This document shows, piece after piece, positions 46,317 to 56,315 of a stretch of 64,000 nt of DNA. The notes beneath the pieces are model-generated. The model was not told where the DNA came from, ran no database searches, and was given only the letters and a program-made list of their open reading frames with translations. The stretch spans positions 74,655 through 138,654 of the forward strand of contig JACPBX010000003.1 of the NCBI GenBank assembly GCA_016180085.1, read 5' to 3'. Numbering within the stretch: the stretch's first letter is position 1; each line of letters begins with the position of its first letter. The stretch comes from Candidatus Woesearchaeota archaeon (lineage in GTDB: Archaea; Nanobdellota; Nanobdellia; Woesearchaeales; UBA10216). A program made the position numbers and the translations under genes.

Positions 46317-48377
46317 CTAGCACTGCTTTAAAAGCGTTCTGCCTTTGTCGCCAAGTGCTTTGCCGAGGTCTACCCTCACAGCAGCAGCTGTTGATGTTTT
46401 GAAGTAGCTGTCCAGCCTGCACAGCCCTTCGCCGTAGCTGCTGCCTTTTTTGAACAGCGCATAAGAGTCTTCCAGCGCCACAAGGCCGTAGTTGCTGTTG
46501 TCTAAAAATTTGGCAACAAATGCCGTGTATTGTTCAGCGTTATAAGTCGGCCCTGCCATGCTTAAGTCCATTATCACGTATTCAACGTCGCCAGTGCCGC
46601 TGCCATAATCGCTGTTGTTTCCAGCGGTTCCATTCCCTTTCCCGAACATCAGCCTGATAAACGGGTTAGGGAACATGTAAGCCTCTTTCCTGTGGGCCAG
46701 GTGCGGCAGCATCTGCGGGTCTGCTGATACAGAAGCAGCATCCGGAATCTCTTTCAGCAGCTTGTTTCCAACTGCGGCGTGCTGGCTTGGCGCAAAGTCT
46801 TTTACGTCGTATAGCGTTGAAAATGGCCCGTATGCAAATGCTGCTGCAATCGTTGAAACCAGCACAAATGCCGAGACTGCAACCCTGCTGTTGTATAGCT
46901 TTAGCATTGCCGGTAGCTTTGCCAGGCGCTGTGCCCCTGCTATCGTTGCCATATATAAGAACGGTATCAGTTCCGCATTGTACTGGTAGATGAGTGCTGT
47001 GGTTATGTCCTGCCCCCTCAGGAAGTTTATGGTGAAAAATGGTGCCCCAAGCAGCAGGTAAGGAAAGCCAAGCAGTGCAACAGCCGCCCCTCCCAGGGGA
47101 AGCAGCAGCAGCGCAGCATAAGAGAATGTGTCAGCCGAGAGCAGCCTGCCTATCAGCAGCTGCGGGTGCAGTATGGCATTCCTTGCAGCCTCCGGCAGGC
47201 TGTTGCCCAGGTAGCTGTACCAGGACACATAGCCATACCCCTGGCCGCTCGAGAAGTGAGGCAGCAGCACTCCGAAGTTGAGCGCCAGCCAGGCAATCCC
47301 TGCAGCAGCCATTGCGCTTCCGATAAACTTTTTCTTCTGGAGCACGAAAATATAGGCCCCGAATGCAACCAGGGCAAGTGGAAGGTGCTCCTTGCTCATT
47401 CCGGTGAGAACCAGCATGGCAGCAGCAGGAAGATATTTCCTCGCTTCAACGAAATAAATCGCGAACAGCAGCAGCGGTGTTGCCAGAGCTTCAGGGTGGA
47501 AATCAAACAGGTTCATGTACTGCAGCGAAGGGTACAAGAGGTAAGAGAAAGCGATCACTGCAGCGGCTGCCGCATTTAGCCGCTTTTTAGCCAGCCAGTA
47601 AACAGGAAATGCCCCAAGGGCTAAAGCCAGTGATTGCAGCACAAGGAGGGCATCTGGCATTGGCAAAAGCTTGTAGAGTGGTGAGAAAATAAATAGTATG
47701 GGGTGCAGGTGGTCGCCGAGCAGCACGAGGCCTCTTACAGTGTTAAAAAAGCCAGGGCCATAGCCCTGTGAGTATCCCCACATGGTCTGGTCGAATATTG
47801 CAAGGTCGAAAGCAGTTGTGTTGAAGCTGTTGTGCTTCATAACCGAAACGATGGAGAAGAACAGGAAGTAAGAAACGACCGAAGCAACAACGGCAAGCCC
47901 GATTATTTTTTTAATGGTCTCGCTGTTAAGGGTTTCCTCAAGGCTTTTCGGGAATAAAACCGCCTTGCCTGCAATGTTTGCAGCTATCGCAATGCCGAAT
48001 GCCATTGCTACAGGTATGTTTCCCAAATTGCCGTACCTTCCGGTGTCAATTCCTGCTGCAGCTGTGGCTATTTTCGCGATTAGCGGGAGAAGCATTGGCA
48101 GGTATGTGAGGGAGTCAAGGAAAAGGGTTTTGTGCAATGCCCCTCCGAATCCCCTTCCAAAACCATCCCTGCCAAAAAAAGCTGCGGCAGCAGCAGAATA
48201 CGCCATCCATGATGCAAAAAATATTGCGGCAACAGCAAGAAAGCTGAAGGCCTTAAGTACGGACACCTGCACAGCTGCTGCCGCTGCCCCGATTACGAGA
48301 AGCGAGAAGGCCAGGTGCGCCATTCTCATTTCGCCCTTGGCAACAGCTCCGAGGTACTTAGCACTCAACATAGTCAA
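46317..48377 (-). CDS. DUF2079-family polytopic membrane protein
   Basis: 686 aa; LLGDHLHPILF matches the GDHFHP signature of DUF2079. Confidence 0.55.
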   Translation of the reverse strand: MTMLSAKYLGAVAKGEMRMAHLAFSLLVIGAAAAAVQVSVLKAFSFLAVAAIFFASWMAYSAAAAAFFGRDGFGRGFGGALHKTLFLDSLTYLPMLLPLIAKIATAAAGIDTGRYGNLGNIPVAMAFGIAIAANIAGKAVLFPKSLEETLNSETIKKIIGLAVVASVVSYFLFFSIVSVMKHNSFNTTAFDLAIFDQTMWGYSQGYGPGFFNTVRGLVLLGDHLHPILFIFSPLYKLLPMPDALLVLQSLALALGAFPVYWLAKKRLNAAAAAVIAFSYLLYPSLQYMNLFDFHPEALATPLLLFAIYFVEARKYLPAAAMLVLTGMSKEHLPLALVAFGAYIFVLQKKKFIGSAMAAAGIAWLALNFGVLLPHFSSGQGYGYVSWYSYLGNSLPEAARNAILHPQLLIGRLLSADTFSYAALLLLPLGGAAVALLGFPYLLLGAPFFTINFLRGQDITTALIYQYNAELIPFLYMATIAGAQRLAKLPAMLKLYNSRVAVSAFVLVSTIAAAFAYGPFSTLYDVKDFAPSQHAAVGNKLLKEIPDAASVSADPQMLPHLAHRKEAYMFPNPFIRLMFGKGNGTAGNNSDYGSGTGDVEYVIMDLSMAGPTYNAEQYTAFVAKFLDNSNYGLVALEDSYALFKKGSSYGEGLCRLDSYFKTSTAAAVRVDLGKALGDKGRTLLKQC

Positions 48378-49122
48378 CTTTTGCCCTTTTCCTGTTATGG
48401 GTTATTTTGTAAGCAGCGAATGCCAGCAGGTTTCTCAGGTAATTGATGTATTCTGTGAATGTCAGCTTGCTTTTCCCGTAAAACCTGTTTCTGAACACGT
48501 AGGGCACTTCGCACACTTTGCGGTAATTTCCCTTCACAAGGACTTCCAGCCCGATTTTGTAGCCTTTGGCGTTCAGGCTTATTCCATCAATTACGCCTTT
48601 TCTGAGGAAGAACAGCCCGCTCATTGTGTCTTTCACTGGCGTTAACGGCTTTGCCAGCAGGGTTGCAACCTTGCTCACTATCCTTCGGTGGAACGGCCAT
48701 ACCTCAACACCACCGCCCTTCACATACCTGCTTCCAACGGCAATGTCCGCCTTGCCGTTGAGCAGCGGCGTTATAAGCCTTGGCAGGACCTCTGCCGGAT
48801 GGCTGCGGTCAGCGTCCATTGCTCCCAGGATTTTGCTTTTCGATTCCTCAAAGCCCTTTATTACTGCAGAAGCCAGCCCGAGTTTTCCAGTGCGGTGGAT
48901 GACCTTTACGTTGTATTTTTTTGCCAGCCCCTCAGCTACGCCTCCTGTGCCGTCCGGGGAGTTGTCATCCACGATAACGACTTCAATATCCGCGTTCAGC
49001 CCGCTGCAGCTTCTGAAAATCTCCGGCACCAGTTTCTCGATGTTGCCGCGCTCGTTGAACGTCGGTATCACAATTGATACTTCTGTTTTCCTTGCTGTTT
49101 TTCTGCCCATTTTCCTGCCCAT
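48358..49122 (-). CDS. GT2 dolichyl/polyprenyl-phosphate sugar synthase (Dpm1-like)
   Basis: 254 aa; VSIVIPTFNE, VVDDNSPDGT, MDADRSHP. Confidence 0.8.
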   Translation of the reverse strand: MGRKMGRKTARKTEVSIVIPTFNERGNIEKLVPEIFRSCSGLNADIEVVIVDDNSPDGTGGVAEGLAKKYNVKVIHRTGKLGLASAVIKGFEESKSKILGAMDADRSHPAEVLPRLITPLLNGKADIAVGSRYVKGGGVEVWPFHRRIVSKVATLLAKPLTPVKDTMSGLFFLRKGVIDGISLNAKGYKIGLEVLVKGNYRKVCEVPYVFRNRFYGKSKLTFTEYINYLRNLLAFAAYKITHNRKRAKVDYVEC

Positions 49123-49223
49123 CTATTGCGGGATTGAATGCGCAGCGTATTTAAAAATATGGTTGTTTTGCAGCCGGCACACCGCAGCATAGTTTTTTAT
49201 AGTGCACGTGCTCCTTCCTTTTT

Positions 49224-50054
49224 ATGGATGGCAGTGTTCGTTACGTTTACAGGTCGGGCAGGCTGGAAGCGGAAGCAGAATCCATCTCTGGGCTGCGGCA
49301 GCGTCTTTCAAAAGCTCCAGCCACTGCATGGAAAAGGTCTGTTTCCATTATAGTTCCAACCTACAACGAATCCGGCAACATAGGCAGATTGGTTGAGGCA
49401 CTGGCTTCAAGCCTGAAAAGCACTGGCAGTTCTGATTTTGAAATAGTTGTTGTTGATGACGATTCAAGGGATAAGACGCCTGAGGTAATTGACCGGTATG
49501 CTGCTGCAGGGAAAGTTTCCGCCATCCACCGCTACGGCATAAGGGGAATATTCTCCGCCATAATGGACGGCGTAAAAATGGCAAGGAGCGGTACTGTTGT
49601 CATAATGGATGCTGATTTTTCCCATCCGCCATCAAAGGTCCCTGAGCTTCTTCGCAGGATGGGCGAAGGCGGCTTTGACATGGTTTCAGGCTCTCGGTTC
49701 AAGAAAGGCGGCGGGATTGAAGCGCCCTTTTTCAGGAAATCCGCAACTGTCCTGTTTAATTTTATAATCCGCTTCGTTATGGGCAGCAGCATAACCGACT
49801 GGACCGGCGGGTTTCACGCTGCCAAAAGGGAAAAGCTTCTGGGCCTTGATTTCCGCTACCGCGCCAAGTGGGGTGAGTTTGACCTCGAGATGCTTTACAG
49901 GGCAAAGAGGGCAGGCCTTAAAATTGCCGAGGTCCCGTTCATTTACAACTTCAGGGAAGAGGGCCAGTCAAAGTCTGCCGAGCGCTTCAGTTTCCTGCTT
50001 GGTTACGCTTGGCTTTATGGCAAAAGGGCATTCCAGCTTCGGTTTTTGGATTGA
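49224..50054 (+). CDS. GT2 glycosyltransferase (Dpm1-like)
   Basis: 276 aa; VSIIVPTYNE, VVDDDSRDKT, MDADFSHPP; divergent from the 49122 gene across a 100-bp region. Confidence 0.7.
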   Translation: MDGSVRYVYRSGRLEAEAESISGLRQRLSKAPATAWKRSVSIIVPTYNESGNIGRLVEALASSLKSTGSSDFEIVVVDDDSRDKTPEVIDRYAAAGKVSAIHRYGIRGIFSAIMDGVKMARSGTVVIMDADFSHPPSKVPELLRRMGEGGFDMVSGSRFKKGGGIEAPFFRKSATVLFNFIIRFVMGSSITDWTGGFHAAKREKLLGLDFRYRAKWGEFDLEMLYRAKRAGLKIAEVPFIYNFREEGQSKSAERFSFLLGYAWLYGKRAFQLRFLD

Positions 50055-50142
50055 ACCTTTTTTCGAAAAAGGGTCATGCAGCTGCGGTTTTTGCCGTAAA
50101 CCATCGTAAACTATTTAAGCCAAATGGTGAGCTTCTGCCGGA

Positions 50143-51360
50143 ATGGTGTCTGGGTTTGCCAAGAGGCTGCTGCTGTTCGTTGCCATTGTCCTTCTTTGTT
50201 TACTGGCTCTTGAGTTTGCCAGCAGGCTTCTCTTCCCCCAGTACAGCGAAACTGTAAGCTATGATGACCGCTACCTCTATAAGTACCTTCCCCACGCTGA
50301 GCGGGTCTTTGTAAACCCTCTTGAGAGCGATGGCAAGCACCACCTTCTTAAGGTTAACAGCTTTGGCTTCCGTGATGAGGAATTCAGTGCTGAGAAAAAG
50401 GGCAAGGTGAGGATTATTGTCTATGGCGACTCGTTCATTGCAGGCGACTTCTTCGACCTGAATGCAACATTTGCCAAGGAGCTCGAGTCTGTGCTGAATA
50501 AGGCGAATAAAGACGTGGGCAGGGCTGGTGTTGAGGTGCTGAATGGCGGCGTTACAGGCTACGGCCCTGACCAGGTAAGCCTGCGCATGGAGGATGAGAT
50601 TGGCTTGTTTAATCCGGATGCAGTCATAGTTTCCATTTTTGTTGGTAATGACTTTGGGGATAACATCCGCGATAAGATATACCGGCTGGATGCATCAGGC
50701 AACGCAGTTCTGAATAACTATTTCCTGAGCCCTTCAATGAAAGCCAAAAAAGCCATATACCAGCGTTCCCACCTTATCAGGGTTCTGCTTGCGTTGTCTG
50801 ACACCCTAAGATGGTCTTCCGCGAGCAGCATGGAACTGTCTTACAGCCAGAACCTTGCCAAGAACAGGGAGGAGTGCACTGATTTTGTTGTGAACATGAG
50901 CAATGTTGTCACGAACCTGTTTGCTGACACGTTTGATGTGGACATTTCAGTGGAGCCTGAGAGCCCCTGTGTTGAGTATAAGATGAATCTGATGGCCGGC
51001 ATCATCAGGCGGATGAAGGAAGTGGCTGATGCGAAAGGCGTCCACCTGCTTTTGCTGGTTATTCCTTCAAAATACGAAGTGGAAGAGCCTGACTTCAGCG
51101 AGGCTGTTGCTTCTTTGAATGCTTCACTGAATCTGAACAATGCTGGCTATGACAGGGAGTCCCGTTACCTGTTCCTTGACAATGTTGCCAGGGCAAGCAA
51201 CATCTCTTACGTTGACCTCTTCCCCATTTTCCTTGAGCGCTCCAGAGCCGAGCAATTATTCTGGGAGAATGGAGGCCATTGGAACGTGGCTGGCCAGAGC
51301 CTTGCGGTTCAGCTGGTAAAAGAAGAGCTTATGCTGAGCAATTTAAGCTGGTTAAGCTGA
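50143..51360 (+). CDS. SGNH/GDSL-family hydrolase, N-terminal membrane anchor (glycan O-acetylation or esterase candidate)
   Basis: 405 aa; block I VYGDSF, block V-like GGHWN. Confidence 0.55.
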   Translation: MVSGFAKRLLLFVAIVLLCLLALEFASRLLFPQYSETVSYDDRYLYKYLPHAERVFVNPLESDGKHHLLKVNSFGFRDEEFSAEKKGKVRIIVYGDSFIAGDFFDLNATFAKELESVLNKANKDVGRAGVEVLNGGVTGYGPDQVSLRMEDEIGLFNPDAVIVSIFVGNDFGDNIRDKIYRLDASGNAVLNNYFLSPSMKAKKAIYQRSHLIRVLLALSDTLRWSSASSMELSYSQNLAKNREECTDFVVNMSNVVTNLFADTFDVDISVEPESPCVEYKMNLMAGIIRRMKEVADAKGVHLLLLVIPSKYEVEEPDFSEAVASLNASLNLNNAGYDRESRYLFLDNVARASNISYVDLFPIFLERSRAEQLFWENGGHWNVAGQSLAVQLVKEELMLSNLSWLS

Positions 51361-51406
51361 TTGGGAAACTGAAAGATTTTTAAATCCGGGGGAGTGCGTT
51401 CTGCAT

Positions 51407-52552
51407 ATGGGTAATGGGCGTAGTGGGCAGAGTGGGCAGCCTGTCAGGCGAATTCCGGTCTCAGAGCCGTCCCTGTCAGGCAATGAGGAAAAGTATGTTC
51501 TTGAATGCATCAGTACTAACTGGATTAGCTCACTTGGGAAATTTATCCCGGAATTTGAAGGAGGTTTTGCAGGGTTTTGCGGCAGCAAATACGGCGTTGC
51601 TGTGATGAACGGCACTGTGGCCCTGCAGCTTGCCCTTGCGGCATTGGGCATCAAAGAGGGCGATGAGGTAATCATTCCTGACTTAACCTTTGTTGCAACA
51701 GCCAATGCTGTCCGCTACCTGGGCGCAAAGCCGGTGTTTGTCGACTCAGAGCCTGCCACGTGGAATATTGATGCCGGCAAGATTGAGTCTGCTGTCACAA
51801 AAAAGACTAAAGCCATCATTCCAGTCCACCTTTATGGCCATCCATGTGACATGGATGTTATTATGGAAGTGGCCGAAAAGCATAGCCTGTCTGTTATTGA
51901 AGATGCTGCCGAAGCCCACGGGGCGGAGTACAAGGGCAAGAGGGTTGGCTCAATCGGCAGCATAGGGTGTTTCTCTTTTTACGGCAACAAGATAATTACC
52001 ACAGGTGAAGGCGGAATGTGCGTAACCAGTGATGCCAAGCTGGCTGAGAGAATGCATTTTCTTAAAGACCACGCCATGGACAAGGTTAGGAAATACTGGC
52101 ATCCCGAGCTTGGCTACAATTTCCGCATGACAAACATCCAGGCAGCTGTTGGCGTTGCGCAGCTTGAGCAGATTGACAAGTTCATTGCTGCAAAAATAAG
52201 AAATGCAAAGCTTTATCGCACCCTGCTGCAAAACGTTAAAGGCCTGGCATTTCAGCCACAGATGACCTGGGCAAAAAGCGTTTACTGGATGCATTCTGTT
52301 CTGGTTGATGAGAAGGAATTCGGCTGCAGCCGCGATGCCCTGATTTTGGGGCTGAAGGAAAAGGGTGTTGACTCAAGGCCGTTCTTTTGCCCGATGCACC
52401 AGCTTCCGCCTTACAAGGGCAGCGGCTCTGACAAGGATTTTCCTGTTGCCGCGCAGCTTTCCCGGGCAGGCATTAACCTTCCTTCCTCTGTAAGGCTTTC
52501 CGAGTCAGACATCAGGTTTGTCTGTGACGCTATCAGGAGCATCCAAAAATGA
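51407..52552 (+). CDS. DegT/DnrJ/EryC1-family PLP-dependent NDP-sugar aminotransferase
   Basis: 381 aa; very similar architecture to the 1271-2380 gene (GDEVIIPDLTFVATANA, AKPVFVD, FSFYGNKIITTGEGG). Confidence 0.85.
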   Translation: MGNGRSGQSGQPVRRIPVSEPSLSGNEEKYVLECISTNWISSLGKFIPEFEGGFAGFCGSKYGVAVMNGTVALQLALAALGIKEGDEVIIPDLTFVATANAVRYLGAKPVFVDSEPATWNIDAGKIESAVTKKTKAIIPVHLYGHPCDMDVIMEVAEKHSLSVIEDAAEAHGAEYKGKRVGSIGSIGCFSFYGNKIITTGEGGMCVTSDAKLAERMHFLKDHAMDKVRKYWHPELGYNFRMTNIQAAVGVAQLEQIDKFIAAKIRNAKLYRTLLQNVKGLAFQPQMTWAKSVYWMHSVLVDEKEFGCSRDALILGLKEKGVDSRPFFCPMHQLPPYKGSGSDKDFPVAAQLSRAGINLPSSVRLSESDIRFVCDAIRSIQK

Positions 52553-52992
52553 GAAAAGCGCTTGATTCTGTTGAGATGTTCTTTTCCTATTTTGTGCCCT
52601 CGCCCCTGAAGAGGTATTATTTCCTGGCTGCCAGTTACTTCATCTTTGTCTTTGGCGGCCTTATCGGCTGGCTTATTCTCATAGGCTCCGAGCAGTTCCT
52701 GCTTGGCTTTGGAATATGGAAAGGCATTGGATACGGCATTGGGCTTGTGCTGGCAATACTTTTCACGTTCGCCTATCACCGCCACGTTACTTTCGGGGTG
52801 AAGTCAGAAACCAAGGAACGCTTTGCAAAGTTTGCACCGCTCCAGGTTTTCATTGCAGCTGCCAACTGGCTGTTGTTTGTGGCAGCAACCCATTACTTCG
52901 GCTTTCCTGATGTGCAGGCAAGCTTTGTGATAACCTTTGTTTTGTCGCTTGTCAACTTCGCAGCGAATAAGCTGTTTATTTTCATCAAATGA
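52549..52992 (+). CDS. GtrA-family membrane protein (polyprenol-linked sugar translocation)
   Basis: 147 aa, 4 TM; C-terminal NFAANKLFIF typical of GtrA; ATGA overlap with the aminotransferase gene. Confidence 0.7.
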   Translation: MRKALDSVEMFFSYFVPSPLKRYYFLAASYFIFVFGGLIGWLILIGSEQFLLGFGIWKGIGYGIGLVLAILFTFAYHRHVTFGVKSETKERFAKFAPLQVFIAAANWLLFVAATHYFGFPDVQASFVITFVLSLVNFAANKLFIFIK

Positions 52993-53028
52993 ACAAAAAA
53001 TGAGCGAAAGGTCCAGAACTGATTAAGA

Positions 53029-53781
53029 ATGAAGACTCTGCTGAAGGGATATTTCAAATACCTGTACAGTTCTGTAACAAGGCGTTACATGAAAGCCCTT
53101 TTTCTGCTTCTGGAAAAGAACCCCGAAGCTGTCCTCGTTGATGCAGGGTGCTGGAGTGGCGGCAATACTGCCGATTATGGAAAAGCGGTTGGCACAACAA
53201 GGCTGATAGGGCTGGAGCTTGTGCGTAGTGCTGCAAAAAAAGCGATGGAAAAAGGCATTAGTGTCCTTATTGCCGACCTCAACAGGAAAATCCCTATGAA
53301 GCCTGCAACAGCTGACGTGGTTGTAGCCAATCACGTAATAGAGCACCTTTACAACGTTGACGGCTTTGCAGGGGAGCTTTACCGCATCCTGAAGCCAAAC
53401 GGTTACGTTCTGGTTGGCACTCCGAACCTTGCAAGCTGGCACAACCTGTTTGCGCTGCTTATCGGGAAGCAGCCTTACAGCGGGCCAACCGTAAAGCTGC
53501 AGTCAGCCGATGGCGGTATGGTCTCTGAAATGAAAAGCGAAAAGAAGGAATGCCTGTTATCAGAAGTTGAAAACAAGGCAGAGGGAGAGCACGCCCTTGG
53601 CCATATCGTCGTGATGACTTACAAAACACTTGTGAGCCTGCTTAAGTCAAAGGGCTTCATAATAGAGGAATCACGCTGCTTTGGCTACCATCCCTTCCCT
53701 CCTTTTATTGCAAATGTTCTGGCAAGGCTTGACAAAAGCCATTCCCATTACGTTTTGGTGAAGGCGAGAAAGCCTGGTTAG
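53029..53781 (+). CDS. Class I SAM-dependent methyltransferase (Methyltransf_11-like)
   Basis: 250 aa; LVDAGCWSG motif I, VVVANHVIEH. Confidence 0.75.
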   Translation: MKTLLKGYFKYLYSSVTRRYMKALFLLLEKNPEAVLVDAGCWSGGNTADYGKAVGTTRLIGLELVRSAAKKAMEKGISVLIADLNRKIPMKPATADVVVANHVIEHLYNVDGFAGELYRILKPNGYVLVGTPNLASWHNLFALLIGKQPYSGPTVKLQSADGGMVSEMKSEKKECLLSEVENKAEGEHALGHIVVMTYKTLVSLLKSKGFIIEESRCFGYHPFPPFIANVLARLDKSHSHYVLVKARKPG

Positions 53782-53828
53782 CGACGCTTTGCAAATATTT
53801 ATAAGTCTCGTTTATTGGCACTGGGTGG

Positions 53829-55640
53829 ATGGGGGAGAGTAAGGATGAGGAAGGGGTCAGTGTAAATGCTGCCTCGGTTGGTCCGGCTGGCTCCGGTGCT
53901 GGCCTCAGTAGTCTCCGTGTAAGTCCTAAGGTTCTCACTGTTGCAGCCGTTGCAGCGCTCTTTATTGTTTCGCTTTATCTCTGGACTCTGCCTTTCCGGG
54001 AGAACAGGCTGCCTTTTGGAGAGGGCGATTCAGCTTGGCACTTCGCTATTGGCGATGAGATATCATCATCTGATAAGGCAACCTTCAGGCTTCCTTACTA
54101 TGTTGGGGTGTGGTATTATGGCTTCAACAGAATCCTGGGGCCTTTCGCCCTGGAATACCCTCCCCCAAACCATGTCAACTACGCCCTGATGCAGTTTTTT
54201 GGGGGTGAGCGCTTCATTCCTGTCTTCATTTACAGGGCAGTGGCAAGCTTCCTTGGCGTGTTTTCCGTTTTTTTCCTTTTGTCAAGGCTTTTTGGCGTGT
54301 TGCCTGCTTTCATTGCAGGGCTGGGCCTGGTCTTCTCTTTTAGGGAGCAGATGATCTTCCTCTGGGGGCAGCAGCCCACCCTTGTATCCCTGATAATTAT
54401 GCCTGTCGTGCTTTACTCGTGGTATAGCTATTTGGTCTCTTATTACGCAGCAGGCGAAAGGGGTGAAAGAAGGGTTTACCTTTATCTCGCCTTTGCCCTT
54501 CTTGCTTCCCAGTTCATGCTGCACATTCAGGGCTTCCTTGCAAGCCTGTTGGTTCTCGGCATTTTTACTGCAGTGATGGCTGCGAAGTTCAGGAAGCTTC
54601 CTGTTTCTAGGAGCAACCTTGTCCCCTTTGCTGCTGCTTTGGTGGCTTTCTCAGCTGTCGTTGCCCCTTTCGCCCCGATTTACTTGGGAGCGCCTTCTGA
54701 TGTTCCACCGGTTTCATCGGTTGAAAGGCTGATGCAGTGGAACATTCCACACAACCTTGTTTCCGGCAGCTTCCCTGAGCCTTTCGTGCTTTTTTCACAT
54801 GAGTATGCGTTTCCTGTCAGGCTTTTCCTTTTTGCGGGAATACTGCTGCTTATTGCAAGGGCATTTCTCATCAGGCCCAATTACAGGGAGCTGATGCTTG
54901 TCAGCTGGCTTGCTGGGCTGTACATCATTTTCCACCTTGATGTTTTTGGCATACTTGACCAGGGCAGGGTCGCCAGGATGCAGGTGATAGAACCCGCATT
55001 GTTCTTCTCACTGGCTGCCTTAAGCGTTGTATGGCTTCCGCAGACCGTTTCCTCTATTCTGAAGCTGGGCGCCAGGTTTGTTCCTGCTGCAAATGCAGCG
55101 AAATACATCCTTGCCGCTGTCCTGGTTCTTGCTTTGTTAGGCGGCGGGTGGAGTTCCACTCAGGCAAGGCTGAAGGGCGCTTACGGCGGCCTTGAAAGGA
55201 TTACGCCTCTCCAGGCAGAGTTTGCAGCTGGAGTCCTTCATTCGCTTCCGGAAAAAGCATTCATCTACGACCCTGTTCTGCCGAATGTTGGCAGCTTTTC
55301 TTACACCACCTGGCGCTATCCGAAGATGAGGTGGATGCTGGCCATCAGCCAGCGTTATGTGGGCAGGGATTTCCCTGATGAGTTTCCGCATAAAATTGCC
55401 GACCCGAGCGAGGTTTATGTCCTGTTTGACTACTCTGACCTTGCCCTTCTGGCATCCTCTTCGGACCAGGGCACCAAGCAGCTTGGGCTGGCCTTGGCCA
55501 ATGAGCTGCAGGCTGTTGAGCTTCGCCTGTTCAACAACAGCATTCCATTGTATGATGGCAATAACATGCGCCTTTACAAGTACCCTTACGAACGCCTTAC
55601 CAACAGCAGCATTAGCAGTTCGGAGGCAGCTTCAGCATGA
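53829..55640 (+). CDS. Polytopic membrane protein, GT-C-like candidate
   Basis: 603 aa; loop motif GEGDSAWHFAIGDEI parallels AGDSCWHLSVARFI of the 25403 gene. Confidence 0.5.
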   Translation: MGESKDEEGVSVNAASVGPAGSGAGLSSLRVSPKVLTVAAVAALFIVSLYLWTLPFRENRLPFGEGDSAWHFAIGDEISSSDKATFRLPYYVGVWYYGFNRILGPFALEYPPPNHVNYALMQFFGGERFIPVFIYRAVASFLGVFSVFFLLSRLFGVLPAFIAGLGLVFSFREQMIFLWGQQPTLVSLIIMPVVLYSWYSYLVSYYAAGERGERRVYLYLAFALLASQFMLHIQGFLASLLVLGIFTAVMAAKFRKLPVSRSNLVPFAAALVAFSAVVAPFAPIYLGAPSDVPPVSSVERLMQWNIPHNLVSGSFPEPFVLFSHEYAFPVRLFLFAGILLLIARAFLIRPNYRELMLVSWLAGLYIIFHLDVFGILDQGRVARMQVIEPALFFSLAALSVVWLPQTVSSILKLGARFVPAANAAKYILAAVLVLALLGGGWSSTQARLKGAYGGLERITPLQAEFAAGVLHSLPEKAFIYDPVLPNVGSFSYTTWRYPKMRWMLAISQRYVGRDFPDEFPHKIADPSEVYVLFDYSDLALLASSSDQGTKQLGLALANELQAVELRLFNNSIPLYDGNNMRLYKYPYERLTNSSISSSEAASA

Positions 55641-55987
55641 CTGGCATCAGGGTTAATCAGCAAGGCGTTGCATGGCTTTTTGCCCTGGCAGCCATAGCTG
55701 TGGCCGCATTTGCCCTCTTGGGCATTGCCGGCTTTCGCACAATTCTTGCGATTGCAGTTTTGTTTGTCATTCCCCCTTTGCTTATCCTGAAAAATGCCAA
55801 TTTGGATATTGAAGAAAAAATATTCTTTTCCCTGTTTATTGGGATTGGCATGTTTCCTTTGCTTGCATGGGCGGTTAACCAGGTCCTGCCATCATTGAGG
55901 CTTTCGGTCATTGCGGCTTTTGCCCTTGTTGTTGCTGGCTTTTTCGCGCCCAGAATTTTGAGGAAAGGGCAAGCGAGAGCGCAATGA
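55637..55987 (+). CDS. Small hydrophobic membrane protein, hypothetical
   Basis: 116 aa, 3-4 TMs; ATGA overlap with the upstream gene; its 3' end overlaps a convergent minus-strand ORF by 80 nt. Confidence 0.35.
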   Translation: MTGIRVNQQGVAWLFALAAIAVAAFALLGIAGFRTILAIAVLFVIPPLLILKNANLDIEEKIFFSLFIGIGMFPLLAWAVNQVLPSLRLSVIAAFALVVAGFFAPRILRKGQARAQ

Positions 55988-56315
55988 CTGCAGCTGGGAG
56001 CAGTATTGTCTGGTTCTGTATTTTCAGCCCTGCAAGCCCCAGGTAATAGCTTGCTACTCCGCTTACCGCCATGGCAGCAACAGTGCCTGCAACAGTCCTT
56101 TCCACAAAGCCAAGCTTTTCCCTCCAGTAAAAGGTCAGTGCGTAGCCTGGAATCACAAACAGCCAGAAGAGGGATGCTGTTGTTTTTACTACTTCAATCA
56201 GCCCTTCTTTGTAGTAGGCTATCTTGAAAATGATTGTCGCAGCAATGAACGCAGCAACGGCAAATTTCGCTTCCCTTTTTAGCTCAGCCAGGCCGTAGTC
56301 AGGCAATGCAGTCAC
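55908..56315 (-). CDS. Small membrane protein, hypothetical
   Basis: 135 aa, 4 TMs; 17-nt overlap with the upstream 56299-58044 gene suggests co-transcription. Confidence 0.35.
   Translation of the reverse strand: MTALPDYGLAELKREAKFAVAAFIAATIIFKIAYYKEGLIEVVKTTASLFWLFVIPGYALTFYWREKLGFVERTVAGTVAAMAVSGVASYYLGLAGLKIQNQTILLPAAVIALSLALSSKFWARKSQQQQGQKPQ

Noticed and set aside
55908-55987. 80-nt convergent overlap between small membrane ORFs 55637-55987 (+) and 55908-56315 (-)
   Set aside because: Probably reflects one of the two small hydrophobic ORFs being spurious or having a mis-called end, not a biologically meaningful antisense arrangement; both were kept at low confidence
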